DNA from: Rhynchobatus australiae
Taxonomy: Eukaryota
Length of the DNA stretch: 64,000 bases
NCBI GenBank assembly: GCA_034780895.1
Contig: JAUZTB010000072.1
Location: 24,334,850-24,398,849 of the forward strand
Direction of reading: 5' to 3'
Under the pieces are notes generated by a model, which did no database searches, was not told the DNA's origin, and saw only the letters and a program-made list of their open reading frames with translations. Positions within the stretch are counted from its first letter, which is position 1. The number at the start of each line of letters is the position of its first letter. Positions 11,848 through 26,450 of the stretch are shown here, piece by piece. The translations under genes and the position numbers were made by a program.

Positions 11848-12464
11848 GTGTGATACATATTGAACAATCTATTTCAAACTAGAAACTGTAATGCATGTTC
11901 CTATGAAAACTGATTGCATAAAACTCAAGCCATCTCTGCACTATCCCCTTCATTGTTCAACCTGGTTGGCAGAGCATTCAGAATGTGCCTGTCGCTTTTT
12001 TGCTGTAAAACAAAACGTATTGTCAAAATGTTTAGATCTATATTTTGGGATCTGGACAAGTGATACTGTCAAGAAGATTACGTGGAAAGTAATTCTATTC
12101 CAATTTATAACCTAGAGTACATTAGGCAATTTATCAGATGTGTATAAACTATGGATCTGTGCTGCTGAACATATCGGCCTTTATCATTAGTACATTGCAA
12201 AACCAGCAGTAACCTTGAGATTTCCATGCATCCATAATTTAAGTTGCAATTCCCAAAGTTCCTGTCAGTGATTCAACCATCCACTGCAGTGTGGTAGGAG
12301 TTTACTCCTACATCAGAACCAAGTGCAATCAGCTGAACATGAACTTCAGGTGTGATATGTATTGAACATTTTAAACTAGAAATTGTAAAGCATGTTCAAT
12401 GTTATTATGAAAATTGATTACATAAAATCATAGCCATCTACACTATCCCCTTCATTGCTCACCT
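11848..12464. repeat. Spaced direct repeat pair (~115 bp: 11848-11963 and 12350-12464)
   Basis: gtgtgata..tattgaaca...aaactagaaa.tgtaa.gcatgttc...tatgaaaa.tgatt.cataaaa...agccatct...cactatccccttcattg.tca in both copies. Confidence 0.9.
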
Positions 12465-13884
12465 ACTTAACCAGAGCTTGTAAGATAACTGAAAATCTTA
12501 ACCATTGATTCAGGACAGTGTACTGATCTAAAATTACAGCCTAGGCAAATAATCTGGTCCAAAAAAATAATAATTTTATGGATGTGGATACTAATTCCCT
12601 CAGATAAACTCTTCAAAGTATAACAGAAGTTAAAATAAAAAGAACATTTATAAATAATTGAGGTTAAAGGTTCATATGTGCCAATAGCTGGGCTGTTTCA
12701 TGGCTGTAGCAGTTGCAATAAGCTGAATAAAGAGATTTAAACCTGATTATATCAAGACACAGACAAGGATTTGAGAAAAATTAACATTTTAAATACTTTA
12801 GAGAAATTAAGGCTGCCTTAAGTTGGGCAGCAGTTTGGCAGGAAAATTACGAGGGGTAACATTGGTGGTTATGAAATGGCACAGCCCACAAGGAGAGGAA
12901 TATCAGCTAGCACAGGGACTAGAAAAAGAAATTAGACTGTCTGCAGAACAAGTGTATTAGATCACTGGAGCAAGAAGTGAGTTTCATGACTGAGTTTGAA
13001 GGATGGTAGAATTAGGGGAAAACTAAAGAAAAGTTCATGAATAGGGAATGAAGATTTTAGTTGGAGGCGGNNNNNNNNNNNNNNNNNNNNNNNNNNNNNN
13101 NNNNNNNNNNNNNNNNNNNNNNNNNNNNNNNNNNNNNNNNNNNNNNNNNNNNNNNNNNNNNNNNNNNNNNAAAAGTTCAGGAATAGGGAATGAAGATTTT
13201 AGTTGGAGGCGGTTTGGGTATCTGGAGAATCAAAAACAAAGAATATGGAGAATGACGGGGAAGAGTGTAGTTGAGCAGATCAAATTTACAGACTTGAAAA
13301 TGGAAGCTAAACACTCAGTAGTTCAAAAGTACAACTAAGAGATTTGGGCAAGATGTTTTTCTCTCTGGGCATAATGTATGTAGAAAAAATATGAGATTGG
13401 AAGAAGTGATATGGAGCTCTGGGAAGTGGTTGAAGAAGACCTTGTCAGTGATTGAAACCCTGGGAACAGAGGCAATAAACATTAAACTGTAGGAGCGTTC
13501 ACATTTCCAATTTATCTCAATATCCCTTCCCAATATTTTTGTGCAACCTCACATTTAACTATTTGGAGGTTTACCACTTCAGCACCTTCTGTGCAATGCT
13601 AGTCTAAAACATGACTGGGGGTAACTGTAGGAGGTGGTGATGTGGTGAGGGAAGATTGCCAGGGCAAACTTTTAACCATATTAGTCAAGTTATAGCATAC
13701 ACCTATTATCAAGCAAAAGGGAAATTCTCAATATAATACTTTGGTATTTGTTNNNNNNNNNNNNNNNNNNNNNNNNNNNNNNNNNNNNNNNNNNNNNNNN
13801 NNNNNNNNNNNNNNNNNNNNNNNNNNNNNNNNNNNNNNNNNNNNNNNNNNNNNNNNNNNNNNNNNNNNNNNNNNNNNNNNNNNN

Positions 13885-14500
13885 AAAGACCTTTCACCAG
13901 AACTGGAAAAAATTGGAAAACACTTAAAATTGAGAAGAGGGAGGGGTGGAGAGAACAAAATGAATGTTTGTGACAGCCAAAGAAAATGGAGAGGTGTTGC
14001 AGTCCTGCTAATGGCAGCTTATCTGCCCGGAGGAGGTGTAAATAGAGGGTGAACAGCGGAGAGCGAGAAACAAAGAAATGCTGGCACCATGAGACACTGA
14101 GCTGGAAGCCTGAGATAAATGAGAACGCTGGTAAATCTCAGGTCAGACAGGATCTGCGGAAATACAGCTAACAGCACAATGTCCAAGGATGATAACCCGC
14201 CCCCTCTAGGAATGGCCATGGACTTCCTCCCTGCCAACTCACTGAGTACTCCCAGCCTGCACTCCATTCTCCTACACGAGAATTCATCAGTGCTGGTGCA
14301 AATAAGAAAGGCTGGTACTTGGATCTGTTCAATTCAATGTTGAGCTCCAATGGCTGTAGTGTGCCTGGATGGATAAAGGGCTGTTTTCCATATTTTCCCT
14401 TGGGCTTTGTTAGAATGATGTAAGAGGCTGAAGACGGGCAGGGAGGTCAGAGTAGGTTTGGGATGGAGAATTAGAGTGACAGGTAACCAGAAGCTCAGAG
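13885..14500 (-). mobile_element. Penelope-like retroelement 3' end: GIY-YIG C-terminal remnant plus terminal repeat
   Basis: Minus-strand fragments ELLVTCHSNSPSQTYSDL and GTLQPLELNIELN resemble the Penelope endonuclease tail; ends in ccagttctggtgaaaggtcttt next to the gap. Confidence 0.75.
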
Positions 14501-17500
14501 AAACATATTATATTCCTTATACAAGTAATATATAANNNNNNNNNNNNNNTTTTAGAGATTGTGTGTGTAAAGATTGTGCTGCCTTGTATAACTGGGCACT
14601 CAGCCAATTGTCATTGCTTAAGTAATGTTAACAGCTGAATTAGTCATAAGTCCCTAAGCTTTCATAAGTGTTTTTTTCTTAAATCAGAAACATGTGTTGC
14701 TGAACACTCATTGGGCACCTGGAAACAATTTTTGCAGTTTTCCACATTGGCTTTGAACTGCAAGGCCATGTTTCCAAAGGAAATTTGAATTTAATTTTGA
14801 GGGCCATAATACCAGCCACCTGTTGCTTTGACGGCTTTGTTACAACTTTTGCTTTACACATGGTGAATATTCTACCAGGATGGAATATAATACCTGGCAA
14901 TTTTCAGCAGGATCTTCAGGAAAGGGGAAGGACCCCCATGTTCAACATTTGCATTAATTTCTGGCCACTGCAGCTGTTCTGTTTGAGAAGTCTGATTATT
15001 CATGTATCAGTGTTATATTATGGCATCAGGGAAAAGTTGGTATGATATCTGGAATGCACAGACTTTAACTGTTGGTCATGTGACTTTGGATTGAAGTACA
15101 GCTTTACATTTGCCTAGAACTCACCACACAGGTTCTTTGACTGCCTGTCAAATAGTTAACACTGGGAAAGAAAAACATCTCACCAGCTCTTTTCGTTCTT
15201 TTGAAACTTAAAGCTGGTTTGAATGTAAAGATGGACCACCTAAGCTCAGTTAGTAGTATGTTAAAAAGCCAGCCGAGCACCATATATAGTGCATCTGATA
15301 GGCAAATTATTCGTGCCATTCCAGGTGCAAGAAAACTTGGAAGTTATTCAAGCTTGTAACTTAGTAATACGTGGCTNNNNNNNNNNNNNNNNNNNNNNNN
15401 NNNNNNNNNNNNNNNNNNNNNNNNNNNNNNNNNNNNNNNNNNNNNNNNNNNNNNNNNNNNNNNNNNNNNNNNNNNNAGTAATACGTGGCTCATTAGTGGA
15501 ACATATCCATGCAAGGTGGAGAGACTAATTTGGGCACAGAAGAGAAAGTATATCCATGCTTACAGTAGAATCTTTTACCTGTAACACATGTGAACAGCTG
15601 GAAGACTAAAAGCAAAGTATAATATGTTTACTCAGAAATACTCAGAACTCAAAGTTTAATATGGTTACCATTCTTTTCCTATTGCTTCTCACACAAGCTG
15701 TGGAGAAATGCACAGATCTGTAGGTTCAAGGACTATGGTAACACATCAGAGAGAATACTTGATGTTTTCTGATGGTTTAAAAAGAATAGAGAAGACCATT
15801 TCCAATTGTGTAACAATAGTACACTCAAGAGGCTCTGAAGTCGTTTGAGTACCGGACAAGTAAATTATAGACTGCACATCCAAATCAACATCTCTTCAAA
15901 AATAATTTCTCTAACATGGTTGTGTTCCAAAGATTACTGGTTCCCATTTTGTCTGCATCAGGAATTCATTGAGCAACACAGAATCTTTAGATAGCTTCCT
16001 CCAGCTATATTCATCCTAGATTTTTTTTTAAAAGCGGGTCATTTCTGACCCCAAGCTGTTGCTAAGCTATTTTATTTAGATGCAAGGTTAGGCTGTTGGC
16101 TTTAATACCCAATACTTTTCCTCATAAGCTTGCTTCTTTAGAATCTCTTTTAAAAAAAAGAAATACCACAAGCTGCTTCACGGAAGTGTAATCTGACAAG
16201 AACTGACATTGAGGAGATATCATAAAGATTGCCTGGAAGCCTGTTCACAAGGTTGATTTTAAGGAGGAATTTAAAGGGGGAGAGAAGTGAAGCAGTTGGT
16301 TTAGGCTGGGAGTTCCAGAGCACTGAGACTCAACTGGGTGAAAAGAGTGAAGGAAACACAAAAGTAGGAAGAATGCAGAGCTCAGAGGTCATGGAGCACT
16401 GAGGGATTAGAACATGAAGCCGAGAATTTTAGATCTGACTGTTTCACTGTAAGCCAATGCAAGTCAGCAATCACCAGGCGAAACTGAGATTTGGCTCTGC
16501 TTAGCAAAGTGCGTTGGGTGATTTCTGAAGGGTAGTGCACCCAGTCTGATCAGAAGTACAAGGGAACAGTCAAGTCTGAAGTCGTACTGGATCACAGATG
16601 GACTGGGGCAGAACTACAGCTGAACTATATGACTTTTATGCAGTTTTGTTCATTTATGTATCGTGGTGGCCACTAATTGAAGACTACATGTCTACTAATT
16701 AATTCAGAGCATTATTTTTAAAAAAGATATTAAACGCTACAAAATGTAATCCACTGTTAAGATCTCTGGAAAACTAGAATAAAATTGTTGTTTACGATTC
16801 CCTTTATCATGCAAATAAGCAACAAAATTCCATTATGAATAATTTGTGACAGATCAGTGGAGTAGCTCTGGCATCTCATTCTGGTTGTGGATTTGGTATT
16901 CGGTCTGTGTGTCAGCCAACATCATTTAAAAGGCATGCTTATTTTTCTGATGTTAACAAAGCTTCCAAGTCAGTAGAACATTTGCAAAGTTGGCACTAAG
17001 CTAATCCAGCACAGTGAAATATTACAACAGTTATTTCTTGTCCTAANNNNNNNNNNNNNNNNNNNNNNNNNNNNNNNNNNNNNNNNNNNNNNNNNNNNNN
17101 NNNNNNNNNNNNNNNNNNNNNNNNNNNNNNNNNNNNNNNNNNNNNNNNNNNNNNNNNNNNNNNNNNNNNNNNNNNNNNNNNNNNNNNNNNNNNNNNNNNN
17201 NNNNNNNNNNNNNNNNNNNNNNNNNNNNNNNNNNNNNNNNNNNNNNNNNNNNNNNNNNNNNNNNNNNNNNNNNNNNNNNNNNNNNNNNNNNNNNNNNNNN
17301 NNNNNNNNNNNNNNNNNNNNNNNNNNNNNNNNNNNNNNNNNNNNNNNNNNNNNNNNNNNNNNNNNNNNNNNNNNNNNNNNNNNNNNNNNNNNNNNNNNNN
17401 NNNNNNNNNNNNNNNNNNNNNNNNNNNNNNNNNNNNNNNNNNNNNNNNNNNNNNNNNNNNNNNNTTTATTAAATTCATTCCCTACACAGATTGAATATAA

Positions 17501-18424
17501 TTTGCCTCATCAAAGATATCAGCCCACTACTCAAGGTGCTGCAAAAACAGAGCTACCAAACGATTTTTTGATTTTTAACAGAAGAATTTATCCCCAAATT
17601 TTAATGTTTGCAACAGCATCCTGGAACCATGAATTGGTGGAGCTTTTCACTATCCAGGCAGGAGTAGCAATGGACTTAGTAGCAGTAGTATTTAGCAGCA
17701 ATGGACTTTCCATTGTTGGACCCATTGTGCAGCCTCTGTGTGAAGCTACAACATGCCAAGGTTCTCGACTATTCCTTGTAATAATTTGCAAATTGTGTAA
17801 ACTTCTCTTCTCTATTTTCTTTGTACCTCTCCCCAGGTTAATATCTGTTAATGCATCTCAGTTCATTTGACAAATGTGCCTTGGAACATTTTACTGAGCT
17901 AAAGGTGCTATATATACACAAGCTGTTGTCCTTTTGCTAAGACTTCAAAAATAGAAAGTGATGGCTAAAAATTTTTTGACAAATTTCAAACTTTGGAAAA
18001 ATTGATTAAGCAAAATGTGTCATAAAAACATTAGTATCTAAGAATTAGCTCTGAGTAGAGAGAAAAAAATAAATCATTAAATAGCTCCCTTGTAAACATG
18101 TAGAAAGGAAGGAGCACAAGGCATTATTCCCCAACGACAGATTTTAAATGTTTTAATTGAGCATCATTCCAGGAGAGTCAACCTGTTTCCAATCCAGCAG
18201 CCAGAACAATAAAGACCAACACATAAAATATATAACATAGTTATCAACAGCAAATCAATAACCTAGCTTTCAACACCACAATCCAAAAGATGAATTCTAA
18301 ACAAAGGTGCAAGAATAAAACAGTGCTTGGAGTTAAACATTAGAGATAGATGGATGATATTTTGGTGAGGAACTATTGTATTAGAAATTAGATCAAAGTT
18401 TTCCCATCAACTAGTCTACCACAA

Positions 18425-19190
18425 GTGCACAAGAAAATAGGAGCAGGAATAGGCCACTAGGCCCCTCACGCCTGCTCTGCTATTCAATATGATCATGGTG
18501 ATCTATGCTGGTCTCTTCTGTGTCAGTTACCGTAACCTTCAATTCCTCGATCTATCTCTGCCTTATATATATCTAATGATCCAGCCTCCACTACCGTTGG
18601 GAGCAGGGAATTTCAGAGATTCTCCATCTCCTCGGAAAAGAAATTTCTACACACCTCAGTTTTAAATGACTGGCTCCTTATTTTGTAGCTGTGTCCCCCA
18701 GTGTGTGACCCTCCAACTAATGGAAACATCTACCCTGTCAAGCCGCTACGTCTGAATAAGGTCACCCCTCAATCTTCAGAACTCCAAGGAATATAAATCC
18801 AAACTGTCCAGACTCTCTGGATAGAACAACCTTCTCATCCCAGGAGAATCTCCCTTAGACTACCTCCAATGCTATTATATCCTTTTTTAGGGAACGGGGC
18901 CAAAACTGTGCGTAGTACTCCAGGTGTGGTCTCACCAACACACTGTACAATCATANNNNNNNNNNNNNNNNNNNNNNNNNNNNNNNNNNNNNNNAAAGGC
19001 AAACACACCTTTTGCCTTCTTGTTGGACCTGCCTAACTTTTTGAGATTCATGTATTAGAATTTCATTCATTTGCAGTCTCTCTCCATATAGATAATATTC
19101 TGCCTTTCGGTTCGTCTTACCAAAGTGCATGATATCACACTTCCCTACATTAAACTCCACTTGCCAGGTTTTTACCCAATCCTCGCCATT
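18425..19190 (-). mobile_element. CR1 LINE 3' portion, degenerate
   Basis: ORF track WVKTWQVEFNVGKCDIMHFGKTNRKAEYYLYGERLQ is a CR1 RT C-terminal motif; tail aagaaaataggagcaggaataggccac. Confidence 0.85.
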
Positions 19191-21039
19191 CCTGATGGAA
19201 CTCATCCTCCCTAATGAAATCCCATATAAACGACTATTTTTTTTACATGTAAGCCTCAACAGTAAGGATCAGTACATTATTCCAAGCGCAAGACAGGAAT
19301 GAAGGAAATATGCAGCACCATAAAAAATGCTGGTCTTGTGCCTTGACCTGACATGCACAGAAGGCTGTGCTTTACCAAACTGCTGGACTTTGTGCACCAT
19401 GCGTGTATCAGTGCATCATGTGCATCAGTGACTGATGTGTACCAGCCTTGATTTTTTTTTTAAATACATCTTCCACTTAGGGTAAAGGTGCTTTAATTCA
19501 ATTGTTTTGAAAAAGATTAACTGATTACCTCTTTACAAAGGCTGTCTAGTAGTAATTGAACACAAACCCCTGATTTAGAGTCTAATACTCAACCCCTACC
19601 AAATGTCAGACCAAGTAGTTCTCTTCATTTATTTCATTAGCTTTACCTTCTCTTTTCAATTTATTTTGTTTTATGATGCATCTGTTTGGTTTAACTCTCC
19701 ATTTACTTATATATTCCTAATTAACCTACTGTACTTCAGCTTTCGTTATATACTCATTCAACATTGTTATTACTTCTCCCAATTGCTTCTAGCTTCATCT
19801 ACGCAAATCCCCTGTCCTTTGAAAAAAAGTAGTTGTGTACATAGAAGCTGAGAGGATTCCAAGGAAAAAGGATAACATGGGTAATTCAGCGCATTACTTA
19901 AAAGATTTCCTTTTCATACGAACCACAAAAAAATGTTGGATGCACTGAGTTGGCAAAAGAAAAAAAAATATAGGTGCAACAAAATCAAATAAATGCATGT
20001 GCAGTTAGAATTTGTTCCAAGATAAATTCCATTATTCTGATGCTGGGCTCCAAAGGCATCTGTGTAATTTTCTGGAAGTTTATGAAAAGATGTATGGCTT
20101 GTGCTGCATCTCAGTTGGTGTCAATCTATTATGCTTGTGATTTAAGGCAATTATTGAAGTCAATTACATACTTAATATAATGCTTAGTCCTTTAAGAAAC
20201 ATTGGTGAATGTGGTCACACATTAAGATATTGAAAATATGTGAAAACTGAAATAAAGTTGTCGTTTTGGATGATTTTAATTGTAACTTCACTCTACAACA
20301 GTTTGACGTTCCCTTTAACATGGCTAAGCTAAGGCAATGCTGTTTCTTGTAGCGGTTACCTTNNNNNNNNNNNNNNNNNNNNNNNNNNNNNNNNNNNNNN
20401 NNNNNNNNNNNTGTAATTCAATTCCATTGCCTGATTAAACCTCGTGGAGAGGTTCTTTAAAAAACAAAACAGCTGAGGGTTATTATTTTATTCACAGTAA
20501 TTACAGTCATCACTAATTACTATGTAAGGGGGCTTCCATGTTCCAACAGTAAAGTGAAATCCTTTCTCTACATCATTTAACAGAAACTTAACGTCAGTTT
20601 GAAAGGCACACCACTGGCTCTTTCTTCCCTCTTTGTTAAGATTTGTTTTTGTTTTCAACCATATACAGATCAAACTAAAAGGTGAAATGAGAATTCAATA
20701 AATATTGCAGTTGCTTCACACTATCAAAGCTAAAGCACTAAAAAAAATAAAGTGTCACTCTTCAAATACATTCTTGTACAGTAGGAGTCAACGAATAATA
20801 GGGTTCAACTGTTGCCCAATACACTAAGCATTCACCCAGTATCACTATCAAAACTAATTTAAAGAAGCTATACCACTAACGTTACAGCCTTTTGTTTGTA
20901 CACATTAAGATATTAAAGGTTTCGGATTTCTTCGTTATCTTCTACTGACCTGTGGAGTTTGTGAAATAAGATTTTCTTTACTACATGGGTTCATCAAGAA
21001 CAGAACCTGGAATTTCTCTTAAACCAGCACATATTACTT

Positions 21040-21540
21040 ATTCATTAGGAGTCTGAGGAGTCTCTAAAGACCCTTGCAAATTTTTTCACAGATGTATAGT
21101 GGAGAGCATTCTGACTGGCTGTATCACTGCCTGGTATGAAGACTCCAATGTGCAGGATCACAGGAGGCTGCAGAGGGTCGTAGACTCAGCCAGCTCCACC
21201 ACAGGCACAACCCTCCCCACCATCAAGGACATCTTCAAGAGGCGGTGCCTCAAGAAGGTGACATCCAACATTAATGACCCTCACCACTTAGGACATNNNN
21301 NNNNNNNNNNNNNNNNNNNNNNNNNNNNNNNNNNNNNNNNNNNNNNNNNNNNNNNNNNNNNNNNNNNNNNNNNNNNNGCCATCAGATTTCTGAATGGTCC
21401 ATGGACCCATGAGCCCTACCTCGTTATTCTTCTTTTGCATTTTTTGTTGTAACTTAAGGTACAAAAGTGCACTGAACTGCTGCTGCAAAAGAACAAATTT
21501 CATGACATATGTCAAAATGATAATAAATCTGATTCTGATA
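21040..21540 (+). mobile_element. Rex1/Babar LINE 3' end
   Basis: ESILTGCITAWYEDSNVQDHRRLQRVVDSASSTTGTTLPTIKDIFKRRCLKK...DPHH is the characteristic Rex1/Babar C-terminal segment; tail aataaatctgattctgat. Confidence 0.85.
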
Positions 21541-22327
21541 TTATCATAATTTTCTTATTTTAACTGTGTGATAGCAATCTTGCCTTTAGTCAAAAGCAGG
21601 TAGGTTCAAATGCTATTCTAATGCAGCACAAAAACCTGATTGACATTCCACTGTTATCACTTAAAAAAAACCCACAAAAGATTATCTAGTTATTATTACA
21701 CTACTTGTGAGAGCTTTCTGCTTATAATTTTCTATCTCACTTCAATGACTACACTGGAAAAAGTGTTTTATTGGCTGCAAAAAAAAAATACCCTTAAGTT
21801 TCTGATGGTGAAATGTTTCAATGTAAAGCCACAAAAATAAAATGCAGCTGAATTGGCAATCATACAAAAGCACTTTTGATCTTTCAGTAGAAAGAATATG
21901 TAGTTGAATCATAATCCTTTTTGAGTTTTCCAATAAAAGGAACAAAACTGTACCACAAGGGTTTAGTTGAAACTAGCTCATTTTTAAAAACTCATATTTT
22001 GTCATGATTTCATTGAATGATATCATCTAGCTGTTTAATATTTCTTCAGGGTCTCAATAAAATGGTCACCAGGATACAAATAGATTAGAGGAGAATTAAA
22101 CAAGGCTCTGATCCGACTTCTTAAACAATGTGAATTGGTTTGGGCTTCAATTTTCACCTTAGATTTAAAAAAATCCAGTGTAAATTGCCACTAAATATAA
22201 CGTATTGACTATTTAGATTTGATTGTTAATTCATAATTAATTAGTATGTCTTCTTAGAGTCAAACACAGTGAACATTCTGAATTATACTGAAAGATCCAC
22301 TGCAGAAGAATACAGTCCATACATCAT

Positions 22328-22635
22328 TCTGTGCAGCTAGTAGAGCCAGTGCTTCACAGCTCCAGCAACCCGACTTCAATCCTGACCTCAGGTGTTGACT
22401 GTGCTGAGTTTGTGTATTCTCCCCGTCCCTTGGGAGCTCCAGTTTCCTCCCATATCCCAAAGATGTGTGGGTTGGTGGGTTAATTGGCCACTGCAAATTT
22501 TTCCTGGTGTGTAGGGTGTTGAACTGGATTGTTGGAGGAATAAAATGGGATTACTGTAGGATAAGTGCTATGTTTGATGAACAGCATGAACTCAATGGGC
22601 CACAAGGCCTGTTAATGTACTGTGTGACTGACTTT
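22328..22635 (+). mobile_element. tRNA-derived V-SINE (HE1-like) with CR1-type tail
   Basis: Head gtgcagctagtagagc...cttcaatcc; V-domain ctccagtttcctcccatatcccaaagatgtgtgggtt...ttaattggccactgcaaatt; tail aatgggccacaaggcctgtt. Confidence 0.8.
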
Positions 22636-23289
22636 ACACAACATATCTCCAGAGACTGAAGAAAACAGAATTTTTCCTAAATCTTTCAGTCTTAGAAATG
22701 AGTTAAAACCATTGAGGGACTGTAGGTTAAAATCTGTCCCCGTCATTTATGGATCTGTTTAAAAGCTGATAGAAATAGATTTTTTTTTAAACAGCTACTA
22801 AAAGGCCTACATGAAACAAGCTCCTCAGACAAGTTGTTGGATGATGAGATCTCAACATGAGATGCACATTATTCGGCACTAACTGGTAACTAATTGAGTG
22901 ATATCATTCAATAACTATTAAATGAAAGCAAATGGAGCCACTTTCATTCAACTAAGGAGCAATTCTTCAAAAATGTTTTGTCATGAATTCAATGCATAAA
23001 ACCCTTTGACATAAATAGCAAGAAAATTATTTAACAGTTGTTGGTTACTTAAACCAAACTGCGCTCTTGATTATTCATCTTGCAGTTTATAGAGCTGTGT
23101 TAATATATGCATAATCTGGGTGAAGGCAAACACAAGACGTCAAACAGTGAAATGCTGTGAGTTATCCAGATTAAGGTACTGCACAATGCAACACCTTTGT
23201 CGCAAAATAAGATTAATGAAATTTGATGAATATTGGGATACATAAAGATTCTGGACTGAGATATAAAGCACAGAAATATGGTAAACAAT

Positions 23290-23697
23290 AGTTAGTCACA
23301 GACTTCATGAGGAAAAAGACTGATGAAATGGGCAAGTGTGTGGCAAATAAAATTTAGCACAGATAAGTTGTGCATTTTGTTAGGGAAAGAATCGAGAGAG
23401 GCAAGATAAACCAAATGGTCCAATTTTAAAAAGTGCCAGAAACAGAAATATTTCTTAGTGTCTGTACACAATCTACAAAGGTAAACAGAGAAGGTGTTCA
23501 GAAAGCATTTGGTATTCATGGAATTATAAACACAGGCATACAGTGCAAGAGCAAGGAAGTTATACCAAACTTCTAAAATACTAATCAGGTCCCAGCTGGA
23601 GTTCTGCAACCACTTCTGGGTCAGGCACTTCAAGAAGTACATGCAGACTTTGGAGAGAGTACAAGACCGATTTGCTGGAGTGATACCAGGGATGAAA
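23290..23697 (+). mobile_element. CR1 LINE RT fragment
   Basis: Decayed WASVWQIKF and LIRSQLEFCNHFW...LERVQDRFAGVIPGM motifs. Confidence 0.75.
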
Positions 23698-23699
23698 TG

Positions 23700-23810
23700 A
23701 CATCAACCTGAAACATCAACTTTGTTGCTCTCCTCACAGAAGCTGCCAGACCGAATCCTTCCAGAATTTTGTGTTTTTATTTCAGCTTTCCAGCAAATGT
23801 AATATTTTGT
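23700..23810 (+). mobile_element. Penelope-like terminal-repeat fragment
   Basis: acctgaaacatcaactttgttgctctcctcacagaagctgccagacc...ttttatttcagctttccagca. Confidence 0.6.
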
Positions 23811-26150
23811 AATGCAAATGCAATTTGTAATGTTCAGAATTAATTCTTCATTTTCCACACATATGTTTTCCTATTACATAGAACTTGAAACACAAATCTC
23901 ACACCAACAATGAAAAATTAGCCCATTCAAGATACCAAGGACAAGCGTTTGCAAGATAAACTTCAACCGGTATACACAACACCTGCACTACCAAGTGGAT
24001 ATTTGCTGGGAAAGGAATCAATAGGTCTAAATACTTCACTAGAAACTAGGTGAAAAATAGCAACATTTATTTACATTTACTAGGAAGCCGCACCAGCAAT
24101 GGTACTCTCCTTGGGCACACAAACAAAAACCACAATACTAAGCTAAACCNNNNNNNNNNNTAATGCACATAATAAGATGCTGGGCTGAGATAAGAGTGTC
24201 GTATCATAAGTAAGAAAGTAAAGCAGCAACTCTGGAGTTTATTTGACTAGTTTCTGATTGTCAATAAGGTCATATTACTTCATGTCCAGAGCACTGAGAA
24301 GTGAGCTGCATAAATCGTTAAAATCAGGTACCAGTAGTGGCACTGTTGATGGCACTCCACCAGAAGACCCACTCCAAGGACTTCCCAAAAAACCAGGCTG
24401 AACCTTTGGTGAGGAAGTTTAGGTTTAGGGCAGAGCTGGCAGCAACCACCATGAAGACCTGCGCAGAGTCTGCTACTTGGTTCTTCTTCTCCTTCCCCTT
24501 AACTTCAAAGAGCTAAGTTTAAGATCAGCATACGGAATAAGCACACCAAACTTTCACAAATTAAACATCTTACAGAATGCATCAGAGGCAACCCAAAGCA
24601 TATCTTGAATATTTTAAAATGAAAATTATGTTTCTATGGGAAAGTTTAATAATGATTTATTATGAATTTCACTTTAAAATAATGTAAGATGGGTCAATGT
24701 TCAACTGGGCCAGAAACCAGGCTGGGAGTTCGAAAAATAAATTGAACACTCGGATAGAGTTAGAGGTCAAATATTAAATAAGATACATCACTTTGGTGTG
24801 GGACATTATTCCCGAATGTAAGATTTCCCCATCTATATTTAACCAAATCAATATTGTTTCTTTTAGACTGCTGTCATTTCAGCCAATAAGGAAGCGCAGC
24901 AGGGTGAGTTGTTCTTCCGTGATGTGACCTTACTGTGATTTTGTCATTAGATGTAGGCCATAACTCATTTAAAGAGAAAAAGCTATGACCAAGTCTTTCC
25001 ATGAAGAAATAAATACATTGATGGATAAACTATGGTAGAACAAAATAGTTTAAACTTATCTGTTTACTTTGGACGGAACAAGGAGCTTGAAACCTCATTG
25101 TGCAGCTTGAAGGGAAGACTGCAAGTGGAAGTCACAACATTTCTCAAAGGAAGATAAAACCAGAAACCAAGCCCATCAGAACTACCCCTATATATAGCCA
25201 AAAATAATTTACTAAGCTCCTAGTCAGGGAACAAGGTGGAAGGAACAGGGAGAATGAGAACTGGAGGATGAATGGAAAGGGAAGGGTTTGGAAGGTGATA
25301 TCGGAAGTATAAAGAAATATGAATGAAAATGGAAGCTAAATGATTATTAGTAAATTAGTTGGAAGTTGGTCAAGATTCAACTGTAGCTGATGTACAATAC
25401 TAACATTCAATAAATTTTGTTTATATGTAGCAGATGTTAAAGGTTTGAGATAAATTACTAGCTAATGTTTTTAGTAGGGTTAGATGTATGTTAAGTGCTG
25501 GTCAGTTCAAAGGAGAAACTTTTAACAATTCAATCTGCATATATACATTTTTGTACAAAATCCTGAACCTTGGGATATATATCCAACAGCAAGGCACTTC
25601 CTTCAAGTGCTACCCCGTCTGCACAGACCCCACCTCTTCCCACCCAATCCTTTTGAAAAACACAAGGAAGATTGTATAAATCAAGTAATAACAACAGAAA
25701 CTCAGTCTTTTTGTCCGTTTTAAGGAAATTACTGGTAGAACTCTAGGTAAATCCCAGTAACTAATCAACAAAAGTTTTAAAGAATGCATAATTTTGAATC
25801 TCTTGCATAAGGGAGCCTTCATTTAAAATCCCCTCTTGCATTATAAAAATACTTATTCACTGCTATTGAAACCACTGCTAAATAACTCCATGGAACTTCA
25901 ATTTTAGTAGGCCTGATTAGACAAAAGAAGAATTCAAAGCAAATTCCAATTCCCTTCATTTGATTTAATTCTTCATCTCAGAGGTCTTGTGCAAACTACA
26001 CTTAATGGCTTCTACACCACAGTACTTCGATGACAAATATTCTAGTCTGAGCTGGCATCTGTTGCCAACTTCCATGCAGAGAATGATAGAAGATATTTTT
26101 AAACCTGTAAAATACCAAAACAGAATACCTAAACTTAATTTTTCTCATAG

Positions 26151-26450
26151 GCACCTTGTGTTAACAGGAGGAAATTATCTCAAATATCGGCCTGGAATCA
26201 TTACTAAGATCCTGAATATGGATGCAAGCTTCCAAACTTGCCAACAGTGTTGTGAAATCACCTTGATTATACATAGGGGAAACTTCATAAACAGGAAGGA
26301 AAAAACCCTCAAAATTACACAAAATAAAACCACACAATCACAGTATCAAAACACCATGGCTCTCCATCTGGCTTCTACTATATTGTTTGAATCTCCCTTT
26401 CTAAAATTAGTCTCCTTTTTATGTTCAATCATTCAAGGGGCAATGAAAAA
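26151..26450 (+). repeat. Left arm of ~300-bp inverted repeat
   Basis: Reverse complement of 28265-28575; both ORF-track translations share LVLTGGNYLKY.PGI.TKILN...SFQTCQQ.CEITLII. Confidence 0.95.

Noticed and set aside
20355-20460. AAG|gtaacc donor-like site at the edge of a 49-N gap as the end of exon 7
   Set aside because: The other flank gives no convincing acceptor or exon 7-like peptide (the best acceptor frame hits TAA) and the gap is nominally too small.
24860-24910. Plus-strand micro-exon-like pattern (ttttag...AGG|gtgagt)
   Set aside because: Isolated, antisense to PEX14, with no partner exons or homology; such matches are frequent by chance.
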